Source: Terriglobales bacterium (GTDB taxonomy: Bacteria > Acidobacteriota > Terriglobia > Terriglobales > Acidobacteriaceae). From it: a stretch of DNA of 48,806 bases. Positions 15,758 to 25,670 of the stretch are shown here, one piece after another (position 1 is the first letter of the stretch; each line of letters opens with the position of its first letter). Location: the NCBI GenBank assembly GCA_035496015.1, contig DATJFA010000254.1, forward strand, positions 1 to 48,806, written 5' to 3'. Made by a program: the position numbers and the translations under genes. The notes under the pieces were generated by a model. It was not told the DNA's origin. It saw only the letters and a program-made list of their open reading frames with translations, and did no database searches.

Positions 15758-18700
15758 TCACTGCACTGTGAGGGTGAGGGCGATTGAATGGGATACGCTG
15801 CCGGAACTGGCGGTTACCGTGATGGTGTAATCCGCCGGCTGCGTTGGCGCCGGGTGAGCAGAGCTTCCGCATCCCAGGAAGACACCCGTGACTGCCAATA
15901 CCATCAACAGCAGAGCGGCGAAGAGCGCTTGCTTACGCGACAGGCGCCGGCATCGTAGCCCGAAGGGCAGTACCAGCATTCCCAACGGCAAGGCCAGGCA
16001 AAGGGCCCAACTGGTGGAGCTGCGAACCGCGGCACTGGCAGCGGGCACCTGGACAGCCACCGTGACATCGGTCGCCTCAGCTCCGGCCGCGATGGTACGA
16101 GGAGTGATGGTGATGGTGGCACCCGCTGGTCCCCCGGTTGCCGAAAGCGTTACCGCGGCTGGAAGCACCGACCCGCTGGACGGAGCAATCGTCAGGTGAT
16201 AGGTTGCGGTCCCGCCTGCGGAGACGGTGGCCGTGCGAGCTCCGCCGGTGGCCAGATCCAGGGTCACATCGGAGACCGCCAGCGACAGAGCCGAACTGGT
16301 CACGGACAAAAAGATCGAATCCCCCTCGTACACTGCCGTGAGCGAGTGCGTGCCCTCGGGCAGGCTGGAAGTGGCGTAGGTGGCAACGCCCGAGGCCACG
16401 GTGCCTGAACCCAGGAGGGTGGCTTCATCGTAAAAACTAACCGACCCGCTGGGGGTGCCTGAGGAAGAAAAGACGGTGGCCGTGAGGGTAACAGTGCCCG
16501 ACAGGAGGGCAGGATTGGCCGACGATTCCAACACTACGGAGGCTGACCCGCGAACGCCAGTTCCGCTTACCGCGACGTTCTGAGTAACATCGCTGCCGTT
16601 GAGGTGATTGTTGGTGACGACCACGTTTGTGCTGAGGCTTCCAGCCGACTGCGGTGTAAACAACACGGATACGTCGCAACCCTCGCCCGGATCCAGCGAT
16701 GTCGTGGAGGTACACAGGTTCGTGTCCGAGGAATTCTCGGAGAAATCCGCCGTGTAGCTGGGCACGGCGCTGAAAGCGAGCGCATGGATTCCGAGGTTGG
16801 TTACTGTCGCCGTCTTGGGGCTGTCGCTACTGGTTGCTCCCACGTGCGTGTTGGCGAAGCTGAGCGCTGAACCGGCGACGTTCACCTTCATCACACGATT
16901 GTTAGTGAAGTCAGGAATGAAGATGTTTCCGTTGCTATCAACCGTGACGCTGAACACGAAGATTCCGAGGGTCTGACCGGGCGTCTGGATAACGGAGGTG
17001 ACGCCGGCGGAGGTCAACTGGACGATACGGCCGTGACCAGAATCAACGATGAAAAGGTTGCCATTTCCGTCTGCCACCACGCCCTGGGTGTTGCTCAGCG
17101 TAATTCCGGTAAGAGAGACCAGGGAAGCTGCGCCGGAGGGGGCGACCTTGACCACTCGACTGCCGCGGTCAGCGATGTAGACATTTCCGCTGGGGTCAAC
17201 TGCTACTCCGGTGAGAGTGACTGTGTCGAAGGTATAACTCCCTGTAGCCAGGACATACCCGGCGCCGGCCGGGGTTACTTTGACAATGCGGCCGCGGCCA
17301 TAGTCTGCGATGTAGAGATTTCCCGCTCCGTCCATGGCTAAGCCGGCCGGGTAGCTGATGGCGGTGGCTAGGCCGGTAATGCTGACTAATGAGACGGCGC
17401 CGTCGCATTTCACCAGCACAATGCGACTGTTGCCATAATCGGCAATGTACAGATTGCCGGCTCCATCAAGAACCACGCCGGTGGGTTGAGAGAGGGTGTA
17501 CGCGCCCGTGCTCACCAGGGAGGCGCTGCCGCCGCCGGCAGCGATTTTCATCACCTTGCCCGTGTTGTAACTGGACAGGTAGATGTTGCCCGCTCCGTCA
17601 ATGGCGGTTTGGAATGGTCCGCTGAGGGATAGTCCTCCCGTGCTCACGATACTGGCGGTTCCGGGCGAGAGCGCGGCCAAGGGAGCGCCGCCGGTGCCGT
17701 AGATGGGGACCACAGCCAAAAGTTCGGAACTCTGGTCGAACAGGGCCACCGCGCCCCGCCGCAGACCGGGCAACAGTGGCAGGAATTGCACTTCCACGTT
17801 GCAGGTCGTGTTAGTCGTACCGTTGGTGCAGGTAGTGCCCGCGCCCAGCGTGAAGTCGAGGCTTTGCACGCCCAGCGTTAGCGCCTGCACGCTGCCCAGC
17901 GTTGTGGCCACATTAATAGTGAATGGCAGGGTCAGGGACCTGGCGGAGGAGGCCCCGACTTCCAGTTCGCCGAACGCCACAGCCGAGGTCATCTGCAGCG
18001 CAACACGACTGTTGGCGGTATCGGCGACATAGATTACTCCCGAAACATCCACCACCACAGCAGCGGGAGTACTGAAGGTAAGGCTGCCGGTGGTCGGGAC
18101 GGAGCCGGCTCCGCCCGAGGTGACCTGCACCACCCGGTTGTTGCCCGCATCAGCGATGAAAACATTGGCAAAAGAATCCACGGCAACCCCGAGGGGTGCA
18201 CTCAGGGCAGTTCCCAGTCCCGAGATGCTCAAGGCGGAGCCTGCGCCCCCGGTGGTTACCTTCACGATGCGGTTATTGCCCGAGTCGGCGATGTAGAGGT
18301 TTCCCGCCACATCCACGGCTAAACCCACAGGCGCGCTCAACGCGGTTCCCAAGCCGGTAATGCTGAGCACAGCCGCGCTACCGCCTGATGGCAGTTTCAC
18401 GATGCGGTCGTTGCCCGTATCCGCAATGTAGAGATTGCCCGAGGCATCAATTGCCACGCCTTTGGGGGCACTGAGGGTGAGGCCGCCAAGATCAACCGCC
18501 GATCCCGCGCCCGCTGAGGTAACCATAACAATGCGGTTATTGCCGGTATCGGCGATGTAGAGATTGCCGGAACCGTCGAGCGCCAGTCGCTCCGGCGCGC
18601 TCAGGCCTGTGCTCAATCCGGTGATGGTCAAGGCAGATGCTTCGCCGGCCGGCGTCGCCTTGACGATCTGACTGTGAGCCGTATCGGCGATGTAGATGTT

Positions 18701-18874
18701 TGCGCTATTGTCAACTACCACGCCTTTGGGGTGATTGAGGCCCGTGCTCCCTGTGTCCAAGGTTGAAGCGAGGCCATTGAACGTTACTGTCGGAGGAATC
18801 GCCCCTAACAGCGCAGGGCACAGCACAAGCAGTAGAAGTGCAGAACAACGCATCTTTGACATGATTGAGATCAC
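15758..18874 (-). CDS. Large secreted NHL-repeat beta-propeller protein with Ig-like repeats and the same C-terminal anchor module as the SBBP protein
   Basis: More than 15 units of GNLYIADxGNNRIVKV type, an Ig-like block (…SGSVSFYDEATLLGSG…THSLTAVYEGD), and a C-terminus ending in ADYTITVTASSGSVSHSIALTLTVQ. Confidence 0.9.
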   Translation of the reverse strand: MISIMSKMRCSALLLLVLCPALLGAIPPTVTFNGLASTLDTGSTGLNHPKGVVVDNSANIYIADTAHSQIVKATPAGEASALTITGLSTGLSAPERLALDGSGNLYIADTGNNRIVMVTSAGAGSAVDLGGLTLSAPKGVAIDASGNLYIADTGNDRIVKLPSGGSAAVLSITGLGTALSAPVGLAVDVAGNLYIADSGNNRIVKVTTGGAGSALSISGLGTALSAPLGVAVDSFANVFIADAGNNRVVQVTSGGAGSVPTTGSLTFSTPAAVVVDVSGVIYVADTANSRVALQMTSAVAFGELEVGASSARSLTLPFTINVATTLGSVQALTLGVQSLDFTLGAGTTCTNGTTNTTCNVEVQFLPLLPGLRRGAVALFDQSSELLAVVPIYGTGGAPLAALSPGTASIVSTGGLSLSGPFQTAIDGAGNIYLSSYNTGKVMKIAAGGGSASLVSTGAYTLSQPTGVVLDGAGNLYIADYGNSRIVLVKCDGAVSLVSITGLATAISYPAGLAMDGAGNLYIADYGRGRIVKVTPAGAGYVLATGSYTFDTVTLTGVAVDPSGNVYIADRGSRVVKVAPSGAASLVSLTGITLSNTQGVVADGNGNLFIVDSGHGRIVQLTSAGVTSVIQTPGQTLGIFVFSVTVDSNGNIFIPDFTNNRVMKVNVAGSALSFANTHVGATSSDSPKTATVTNLGIHALAFSAVPSYTADFSENSSDTNLCTSTTSLDPGEGCDVSVLFTPQSAGSLSTNVVVTNNHLNGSDVTQNVAVSGTGVRGSASVVLESSANPALLSGTVTLTATVFSSSGTPSGSVSFYDEATLLGSGTVASGVATYATSSLPEGTHSLTAVYEGDSIFLSVTSSALSLAVSDVTLDLATGGARTATVSAGGTATYHLTIAPSSGSVLPAAVTLSATGGPAGATITITPRTIAAGAEATDVTVAVQVPAASAAVRSSTSWALCLALPLGMLVLPFGLRCRRLSRKQALFAALLLMVLAVTGVFLGCGSSAHPAPTQPADYTITVTASSGSVSHSIALTLTVQ

Positions 18875-19155
18875 CGCCTAGGAATAGTCAGCGGTTGGAA
18901 TAAGCACGTTCTCGACCAAGGGCGACGGCCAAGGAACACAAGGACTTACGTCGGCGGACGGCTCCGACCAGGCGCCTGATTTCCCGATTCGGAACTGGCA
19001 ACTTCCCGATCTGGGCCGCAGCAAATTAGATTGTGTTCAGACTTCGGCGGTCACCCGCTCCAACTTCGTACCAGATGCTTTGCAGTTCCCGTGCTAGCTG
19101 AAAGCTAATCGTTTGAGCAGGGAGACGAGGGAACTGAGAACTGCGCTTCTGCCTG

Positions 19156-20781
19156 CTAGCGGCCGCTTTTTTTCTTCTCGAGCGCTCCCTGGGGCAGCGC
19201 AAAACTTACCAGCGCCTGCCCGGAAACGACGGCCACGTACTGCCGGCCATTGAGGGAGTAGGTCATGGGAGAGGCGTACAGCGCGGAGCCGGTTTCAAAA
19301 TGCCACAAAACTTTCCCTTCGCGCGCATCGAAGGCAATCAGGTTGCCTTCAATGTCGCCGGCGAACACCAGCCCTCCCGCCGTGGCCAGCGTTCCCGCCC
19401 AGGGGGCGGAATGGTGCCTGAACTCCCACTTGATCTGGCCGGTGGTGGGCTCGAGGGCGCGCAGCGCTCCCCAGTCTTTCTCGTCGGCATCCATGCTGTA
19501 GGCGCTGCCCAGAAATGCCCGCCCGGCGTGGAAGATCTGCGGCGCGGTCGTAAAGATGTCGCACTGCTCACGAACGTTGACATAAAAGAGGCCGGTCTGA
19601 GGGCTATACGACGGCGACATGAAGTTGGTGGCGCCGATCGCTCCCGGACAAACTTTGGCCCCGTCCGGGGTGGGATCGCCCCCGGGCAGCAACTCCGGCC
19701 GCCCATCCGGCCCGATTCCCTTTGCCCAGGTTTGGCGGGCGAAGGGTTTGGCGAAGAGGAACTTCCCGTCACTGCGGTCGAGCACGTAGAAGAATCCATT
19801 GCGGTTGGCATGGAGCAACAGCTTGCGCTGCTTGCCATTCAGCTCGGCATCCAGCAGAACCGGCACCTCGGTAGCGTCCCAGTCGTGCAGGTCATGCGGC
19901 GTGAACTGAAAGTGCCACTTTAACTTTCCCGAGTCGGCGTCCAGAGCCAGCACTGAATTGCTGTAAAGATTGTCGCCGCCGCGGTCGCCGCCGTAGTTGG
20001 AAGGCGAAGGATTGCCCGTAGCCCAGTACACCAGGTTCATTTCCGGATCGTAGGAGCCGGTTACCCAGGCGGGCGCGCCGCCGCGCTTCCAGCCATCGCC
20101 TTTCCAGGTGTCGAAGCCGGGCTCGCCCGGTTGAGGGACGGTGTAGAAGCGCCAGGCGCGCTTGCCTGTGCCAGCATCGTAAGCGTCAATGAAGCCGCGC
20201 ACGCCATACTCGCCCCCCGAGACGCCCACGATGATCTTGTCCTTCACCGCCAGTGGGGCCACGGTGAAGGTATAACCCTGGCGGTAGTCGGCGGCCTCGA
20301 CGTCCCAGATAACGCTGCCGGTGCGGCTGTCCAGCGCCACCACGTGCGCGTCCAGCGTGGCCAGGAACAGTTTGTCGCCCAGGATGGCGAAGCCGCGATT
20401 CACATGGCCGCAGCAGGGCTGCACGCCTTCCGGCACCGCCCGCACATATTTCCAGATGGGCCGGCCGGTGCGGGCGTCCAAAGCGAAAGCTGCGTCCTCC
20501 TGCGCCGTCACATACATCACGCCATCCACGACCAGCGGCGTAGCTTCAAATTTGCCCATGACTCCAGTCTGGAAAATCCAGTGCGGCGCAAGGTCCTGCA
20601 CATTGCCCGTGTTGATCTGCTGCAGCGGGCTGAAGCGCTGACCGTTGTATCCGCCGCTGAAGGTGAGCCAATTCTGTGGTTCTGCCCCCGGAGCTTTCAG
20701 CAGCCGCTCGTAGGTGACTTGCGCTTTTGCTGTCAGTGCCACTGCGACCACGGCCACGAGGATCAGACATTTGTGCTTCAT
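19156..20781 (-). CDS. PQQ-dependent (quinoprotein) alcohol/aldehyde dehydrogenase, propeller only
   Basis: Signal peptide, W-motif propeller repeats, vicinal Cys pair in VQPCCGHVNRG, and FTPHDLHDWDATE. Confidence 0.85.
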   Translation of the reverse strand: MKHKCLILVAVVAVALTAKAQVTYERLLKAPGAEPQNWLTFSGGYNGQRFSPLQQINTGNVQDLAPHWIFQTGVMGKFEATPLVVDGVMYVTAQEDAAFALDARTGRPIWKYVRAVPEGVQPCCGHVNRGFAILGDKLFLATLDAHVVALDSRTGSVIWDVEAADYRQGYTFTVAPLAVKDKIIVGVSGGEYGVRGFIDAYDAGTGKRAWRFYTVPQPGEPGFDTWKGDGWKRGGAPAWVTGSYDPEMNLVYWATGNPSPSNYGGDRGGDNLYSNSVLALDADSGKLKWHFQFTPHDLHDWDATEVPVLLDAELNGKQRKLLLHANRNGFFYVLDRSDGKFLFAKPFARQTWAKGIGPDGRPELLPGGDPTPDGAKVCPGAIGATNFMSPSYSPQTGLFYVNVREQCDIFTTAPQIFHAGRAFLGSAYSMDADEKDWGALRALEPTTGQIKWEFRHHSAPWAGTLATAGGLVFAGDIEGNLIAFDAREGKVLWHFETGSALYASPMTYSLNGRQYVAVVSGQALVSFALPQGALEKKKSGR

Positions 20782-21647
20782 GGCTGGCCTCGCAGGCCAG
20801 CCAGATACGCGACCAGGTCCTGCAGTTCCTTATCGCTGAGCATTTCCGGCGGATAGGGCGGCATAAGCGATTTTGGTTTGTGAACTACCTCCCGAACTTC
20901 CGATTTCACGAACAGGTGCAGGTGCTGGTCCATGCCCATGATCTGCAGCGAGAAGCTATCTTCGTTCAGAGCCACTCCCACGATTCTCTTTCCCTGCGCG
21001 GTAATGACCTCCACCGTCTGATACTTCTGCGCCAGGTCCTTGTTGGGCTCGGTGATGCCCTCGGCCAGGTGGGCGCTGGGCTGGCGGATGGATTCGGCGA
21101 GGTAAGCGGCAGAGCGCTCCGCGCCCACGCGCGAGAGGTCCGGCCCCAGTCGCCCGCCATGGCCGTTCACCATGTGGCAGGAGAGACAGCTGCCATCGCC
21201 AAGGAAGATTTCTTTGCCGCGGGCGGCATCGCCGGCCAGCGTCGCCGGCTTCTGCAGGCTGCGCAGATAGGAAATCACCTGCCAGGTTTCGGTCTCGGTG
21301 AGAATACTTTCCTGGGCGGGCATGAGCGTTCCGGGAACGCCATGCTGAACAGTGCGGAACAATTCGCCATCGCTGCCGCCGTGCGCCCAGCGCCCGGTGG
21401 TCAGGCTGGGCGCCTTCTGCGTGCCTTGAGCATCCACACCATGGCACATCGAGCAGTTAAAACGAAACTGGCTGCGGCCCTCCTGGATGGCCTGCATATT
21501 TCCAGCCAGCGGATTCTTGACCTCCGGGGACGGGCTCACAGCTACACTGGTTTGGCCCAGTGCCACGGCAGCGAGCAATGCCATAGCTGCAAGGGTGCCA
21601 CTTCGAAAGACAAACTTTCCCGTCAGGCGTCCCCTCCTCATTCCCAT
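20778..21647 (-). CDS. Dihaem c-type cytochrome, probable electron acceptor of the PQQ enzyme
   Basis: Two CxxCH motifs (CSMCHG, CLSCHM). Its stop overlaps the dehydrogenase ATG (ATGA overlap). Confidence 0.85.
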   Translation of the reverse strand: MGMRRGRLTGKFVFRSGTLAAMALLAAVALGQTSVAVSPSPEVKNPLAGNMQAIQEGRSQFRFNCSMCHGVDAQGTQKAPSLTTGRWAHGGSDGELFRTVQHGVPGTLMPAQESILTETETWQVISYLRSLQKPATLAGDAARGKEIFLGDGSCLSCHMVNGHGGRLGPDLSRVGAERSAAYLAESIRQPSAHLAEGITEPNKDLAQKYQTVEVITAQGKRIVGVALNEDSFSLQIMGMDQHLHLFVKSEVREVVHKPKSLMPPYPPEMLSDKELQDLVAYLAGLRGQP

Positions 21648-21749
21648 TGGTACGGAGTGCCAGCATCGTAGGCTGATGGTTTAGCTTGGTCAACCGGAAC
21701 CCCCAATCTGGGCGCAGTGTGCGAGGGCTTGGTCGCGATTCAACCGTGC

Positions 21750-21772
21750 TGACTCCCGACCCTTGACTCCTG
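21750..21772. repeat. Heptanucleotide-period array (tgactcc family)
   Basis: tgactcc cgaccct tgactcc tg is complementary to 22892-22904 and 23478-23509. Confidence 0.6.
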
Positions 21773-21830
21773 TTCTTTACCCGGAAGTAACCTCAGCAAC
21801 CCGCTGCCTGCATAGTAAAATCAAATTTCC

Positions 21831-22784
21831 ATGTCCACCCCGGCGGCCACCATTTCGCGCGCGGCGCAGCTTGAGAACGCTTTGCGCAATATCATCCGCG
21901 GCAAGGATGAGGTTGTGCGCCTGGCCGTGGTGGCCATCTTCGCCCGCGGCCATTTGCTGATAGAAGGCGTGCCGGGCGTGGGCAAAACCACGCTGGCGCA
22001 GGCGCTAGCCCGCGGCCTGGACTGCACCTTCCAGCGCATCCAGTTCACCAGCGACATGCTGCCCAGCGACGTGCTCGGCATCTCCATTTATTCCGCCATG
22101 GAGCAGAAGTTCGAGTTCCGCCACGGGCCCGTATTCACCAATGTGCTGCTGGCGGACGAAATTAACCGCACCACCCCTAAAACCCAATCCGCGCTGCTGG
22201 AAGCCATGAACGAGGGCCAGGTCACGGTTGACGGCCGCGCCTATCCGCTGCCCCAGCCATTTCTGGTAATTGCGACGCAAAATCCGGTGGAGCACCACGG
22301 CACCTACCCGCTGCCGGAATCGCAGATGGACCGTTTTCTAATGCGAGTGCGCATGAGCTACCCGGAAGGCGACAGCGAGCGCGCCATTCTGAGGTCGCAA
22401 GCCGGCGCCGCCCGGCTCGACGAGATGCGGCCCGTTCTGAGCGGCGCCGATGTGATTGCGATTCAGCAGGAAGTCATGCGCGTGCAGGTGGACGAGTCGC
22501 TGGTGAACTACACGCTGGAAATTGTGAAGCGCACGCGTGAATCCGAATACCTCTCCCTGGGCGTTTCCCCGCGCGGCGCGCTCATGCTTTATCGCGCCGC
22601 CCAGGCGCTGGCCTACGTGGAAGGCCGCAACTTCTGCACCCCCGAGGACTTCAAGCCGCTGGTGGTTCCGGTTTTCGCCCACCGCGTGGTGGTGAACGCA
22701 CTTTACTCATCCACTCTGAAAAAAACGGAGCAGGCCGAGCAGGTGCTGAAGGAAATTGTTGACGCCGTGCCGGTGCCCGTATAA
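21831..22784 (+). CDS. MoxR-like AAA+ ATPase
   Basis: Walker A GVPGVGKT, Walker B LLADEINR, and TQSALLEAMNEGQVTVDG. Confidence 0.9.
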   Translation: MSTPAATISRAAQLENALRNIIRGKDEVVRLAVVAIFARGHLLIEGVPGVGKTTLAQALARGLDCTFQRIQFTSDMLPSDVLGISIYSAMEQKFEFRHGPVFTNVLLADEINRTTPKTQSALLEAMNEGQVTVDGRAYPLPQPFLVIATQNPVEHHGTYPLPESQMDRFLMRVRMSYPEGDSERAILRSQAGAARLDEMRPVLSGADVIAIQQEVMRVQVDESLVNYTLEIVKRTRESEYLSLGVSPRGALMLYRAAQALAYVEGRNFCTPEDFKPLVVPVFAHRVVVNALYSSTLKKTEQAEQVLKEIVDAVPVPV

Positions 22785-22891
22785 CCCGCCGTCCTGGGCG
22801 TTTGCCCGCTACTTTGAAACCTGCGAAACTCTTCCGGGGGCAATTGCGCGCGGGCGCTGCGCGACCTGGCCGTGGTCTACAAAGACGTTCT

Positions 22892-22904
22892 GGGTCAGGA
22901 GTCA
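22892..22904. repeat. Heptanucleotide-period array fragment (caggagt family)
   Basis: gggtcaggagtca is the reverse complement of part of 21750-21772. Confidence 0.4.
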
Positions 22905-22943
22905 TCTAAAATGGCCTCTACGAGCTGAAGTGCTCGCTCTGCT

Positions 22944-23474
22944 ATGACCGTGCTGCGGTTTTTCATGCTGCTCTCGCTGGTGGTGTGGATCGGCGGGATT
23001 GTCTTCTTCGCCTTCGTGGTGGCGCCCGCGCTCTTTAGTTTGCTGCCCAACACGCATCTGGCGGGGCTGGTGGTCACGCGCTCCCTCAAAACTCTGCATT
23101 GGATTGGGCTGGTTGCAGGGCTGGTGTACGTGCTGACATCGTTTGCTTATGCTCGCGTGACCACAGCTTCAGTGCAGCCCCTGGCCGCGCGCAATGTGCT
23201 CATGTACATCATGCTGGCGCTCACCGCCGTGCTGCAGTTTTCCATCATTCCGCGAATGGATGCCCTGCGGCTGTCCGTCGGACAAATTGACGCCGTGGCG
23301 TCCGACAATCCCGTGCGCGTGCAGTTCGATGCCCTGCACGTCTGGTCTACTCGCCTGGAAGGCGCGGTTCTGCTGCTCGGCCTGGCGCTTATCTATTTGA
23401 CCGCCCGCGTGGCTGTTCAGCCGCGCTCGGCGACCACCATCACCATGCCCACTTCGGTAATGCACGGCAGCTAG
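22944..23474 (+). CDS. DUF4149 (TMEM205-like) membrane protein
   Basis: Four predicted TM helices. The N-terminus LSLVVWIGGIVFFAFVVAPALFSLLP is typical of DUF4149. Confidence 0.7.
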   Translation: MTVLRFFMLLSLVVWIGGIVFFAFVVAPALFSLLPNTHLAGLVVTRSLKTLHWIGLVAGLVYVLTSFAYARVTTASVQPLAARNVLMYIMLALTAVLQFSIIPRMDALRLSVGQIDAVASDNPVRVQFDALHVWSTRLEGAVLLLGLALIYLTARVAVQPRSATTITMPTSVMHGS

Positions 23475-23477
23475 AGC

Positions 23478-23509
23478 CAGGAGTCAGTTGTCAGGAGTCA
23501 GGGGTCAGG
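23478..23509. repeat. Heptanucleotide-period array (caggagt family) between convergent genes
   Basis: caggagt cagttgt caggagt caggggt cagg. Confidence 0.65.
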
Positions 23510-23519
23510 TTTGAGCCGA

Positions 23520-24362
23520 TTACTGACTCATGCCTCCTGCTTTATTCAGCGCTCCGTCCAGGTACACCAGATATCCCTCGATCAGCCGATAACTGTCGTA
23601 GAAGTCATCCAGGTGAACGGCTTTCATGTTGTCCTGGGAGCTGTGAAGAATGGGCCAGGTCTGCTGCGTCACCGAATGAATGGTGATACGGGGAATTTTG
23701 CGGCGGGCGAACTCTTCCGAGTCGCTGCTGCCCACTTTATCCACATTCACAACTCCGAGCGGCAGGCTCAGCGACTTGGCCACGGCTCGCAGTGCCGCCG
23801 CCAAATAAGGGTCGGCATGGCTCAGCCACATTTCGGTTGGACCCAGGCCCAGGGTATCCATGTTGACCATGGCCTCGGTGCGCGCAACCTCGTCCTTGCT
23901 CATGTGGCGCACGTAGGCCTGCGATCCTAATTCCCCCTTCTCTTCGCCCGTGAAAGCTACGAAGATGAATGTGTGCTGCCGGGGCTCGGTCCGCAACCCC
24001 TGGTAGAGGCTGGGCAGCAGCGACGCCCCGCTCCAGTTATCCACTACGCCGTCTCCCACTAACACGTGGTCGAAGTGGGCCCCCACGACGATGGTCTGGT
24101 TGGTCCGCCCGGGCAGCACGCAGATGAGGTCGGGCTGTTTAAGGTGCTCGACCTGCTCTTCCGTCAGATGGTCCGCGCAGCCCAAGTCCGTGAACATCTT
24201 TTTGAGGATGGCCTCGCGCTGGGTGTTATCGCGGGAAAATGATGCGAGCCGCTGCTCCACCACTTCCCTTTTGACCGCCTGGAAACTCAGGCCGGCGGCA
24301 AACAGAGCGGCCGGAACCACAAGAAGCACAATGGAGATAAGAACTCCTGATCGAAAACGCAT
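23520..24362 (-). CDS. M28 family metallopeptidase (secreted/membrane-anchored)
   Basis: VVGAHFDHV, VVDNWSGAS and FVAFTGEEKGELGSQAY. The ATG at 24362 (MRFRSGVLISIVLLV) is preferred over 24407. Confidence 0.85.
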   Translation of the reverse strand: MRFRSGVLISIVLLVVPAALFAAGLSFQAVKREVVEQRLASFSRDNTQREAILKKMFTDLGCADHLTEEQVEHLKQPDLICVLPGRTNQTIVVGAHFDHVLVGDGVVDNWSGASLLPSLYQGLRTEPRQHTFIFVAFTGEEKGELGSQAYVRHMSKDEVARTEAMVNMDTLGLGPTEMWLSHADPYLAAALRAVAKSLSLPLGVVNVDKVGSSDSEEFARRKIPRITIHSVTQQTWPILHSSQDNMKAVHLDDFYDSYRLIEGYLVYLDGALNKAGGMSQ

Positions 24363-24436
24363 AACGCAGCCGCAGCATAGCATCACTGCCGGCGCCGCTC
24401 CCTCCATTTATGATGGGATTGTAGCGGCCAGACTTT

Positions 24437-24471
24437 ACCAGCTACGAAGTACCAGCTACCAACTACTTCTT
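24437..24471. repeat. Heptanucleotide-period array (taccagc family) abutting the ychF start
   Basis: taccagc tacgaag taccagc taccaac tacttct. Confidence 0.6.
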
Positions 24472-25584
24472 ATGAAAACCGGAATCATCGGCCTGCCGCA
24501 GGTGGGCAAATCATCGCTGTTCCGCATGCTGACCAAGGCGCACGTCTCCGAGCGCGCTTATGCCAATCCGCGCGAAGCTCACGTTGGCGTGGCCAAAGTG
24601 CCGGACGACCGTCTCGACCGTTTGGCGGCCATGTGCAATCCGCGCAAGCTGATCCACGCTTCCGTCGAATACGTGGATGTAGCGGCCATGCCGGTGGCAT
24701 CCAGCAAAACCGCCGCTGGACCCAAAGAAGGCCTCAGCGAATCCATTGTCACCAACATCCGGAGCGTGGACGCCATTGCCCACGTGGTGCGCGCCTTTGA
24801 CGATCCCTCCATTCCACACGTGGGGGAAATCAACCCGCTGCGCGACATCAAGAACGTGGACTTCGATCTCATTCTGAGCGATCTCGGCCAGGTGGAGAAG
24901 CGCCTGGAGCGACTGGAAAAAGACTTGAAGAGGATGCGCTCGCCAGAACTCGAACGCGAGCACGACCTGCTGCTGCGCGCCAAAGCCCATCTGGAAAGCG
25001 AGCGCCCGCTGCGCGAAATGACCATGACTGCAGAGGACAAGAAGCGCGTGCGCGGCTTCATGTTCCTGAGCGAGAAGCCCATCCTCTACGTGCTCAATAT
25101 CAGCGAGACTCCCGACCTCGGCCGCGAACTGGAAGGCGCGATTGCCAAATACGATCTCACCGAAGTGGCCTCTCGGCCAAACGCGGGGGCTACCGCGATT
25201 TGCGGCAAGGTGGAAGCTGAACTGGCGGAAATGCCCGATGAAGATGCGGCCGAATTCCTCGCCAGCTACGGCCTAAAGGAAAGCGGCCTGGTGCGCCTGG
25301 TCCGCAAAACCTACGAGCTACTGGGCCTGATTTCGTTCTTTACCGTGGGTGAAGACGAGTGCCGTGCCTGGACTATCGTCCGCAACACCCGCGCGGTGGA
25401 AGCTGCCGGCGCCATCCACTCCGACCTGGAAAAGCATTTCATACGCGCCGAGACCATCCACTGGGATGCGCTGCTGGACGCCGGTTCTGAAGCCAACGCG
25501 CGCGCCCGCGGCACCCTGCGCCTGGAAGGCAAGGACTACATTGTGCAGGATGGCGACGTGATGCATATCCGCCATTCAGGGTAG
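24472..25584 (+). CDS. ychF: Ribosome-binding / redox-regulated ATPase YchF
   Basis: MKTGIIGLPQVGKSSLF P-loop and a C-terminal TGS-like FFTVGEDECRAWT…GKDYIVQDGDVMHIR. The track ORF from 24091 is an artefactual 5' extension. Confidence 0.95.
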   Translation: MKTGIIGLPQVGKSSLFRMLTKAHVSERAYANPREAHVGVAKVPDDRLDRLAAMCNPRKLIHASVEYVDVAAMPVASSKTAAGPKEGLSESIVTNIRSVDAIAHVVRAFDDPSIPHVGEINPLRDIKNVDFDLILSDLGQVEKRLERLEKDLKRMRSPELEREHDLLLRAKAHLESERPLREMTMTAEDKKRVRGFMFLSEKPILYVLNISETPDLGRELEGAIAKYDLTEVASRPNAGATAICGKVEAELAEMPDEDAAEFLASYGLKESGLVRLVRKTYELLGLISFFTVGEDECRAWTIVRNTRAVEAAGAIHSDLEKHFIRAETIHWDALLDAGSEANARARGTLRLEGKDYIVQDGDVMHIRHSG

Positions 25585-25587
25585 AGG

Positions 25588-25630
25588 CAGTTCTCGGTTC
25601 TCAGTTCTCAGTTCTCAGTTCTCAGTTCTC
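25588..25630. repeat. Heptanucleotide tandem array (cagttct x6), left arm of an inverted pair
   Basis: cagttct cggttct cagttct cagttct cagttct cagttct c, starting 4 nt after the ychF stop. Confidence 0.9.
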
Positions 25631-25670
25631 AAAGGAGAGATTCTTGAGTAGGATGGCCCGGAGGAAGGCC

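Noticed and set aside
24091-24471. The 5' extension of the ychF ORF in the track (497 aa).
   Set aside because: The extension is antisense to the M28 peptidase gene and is not protein-like. The conserved YchF N-terminus MKTGIIGLPQVGKS starts at 24472.
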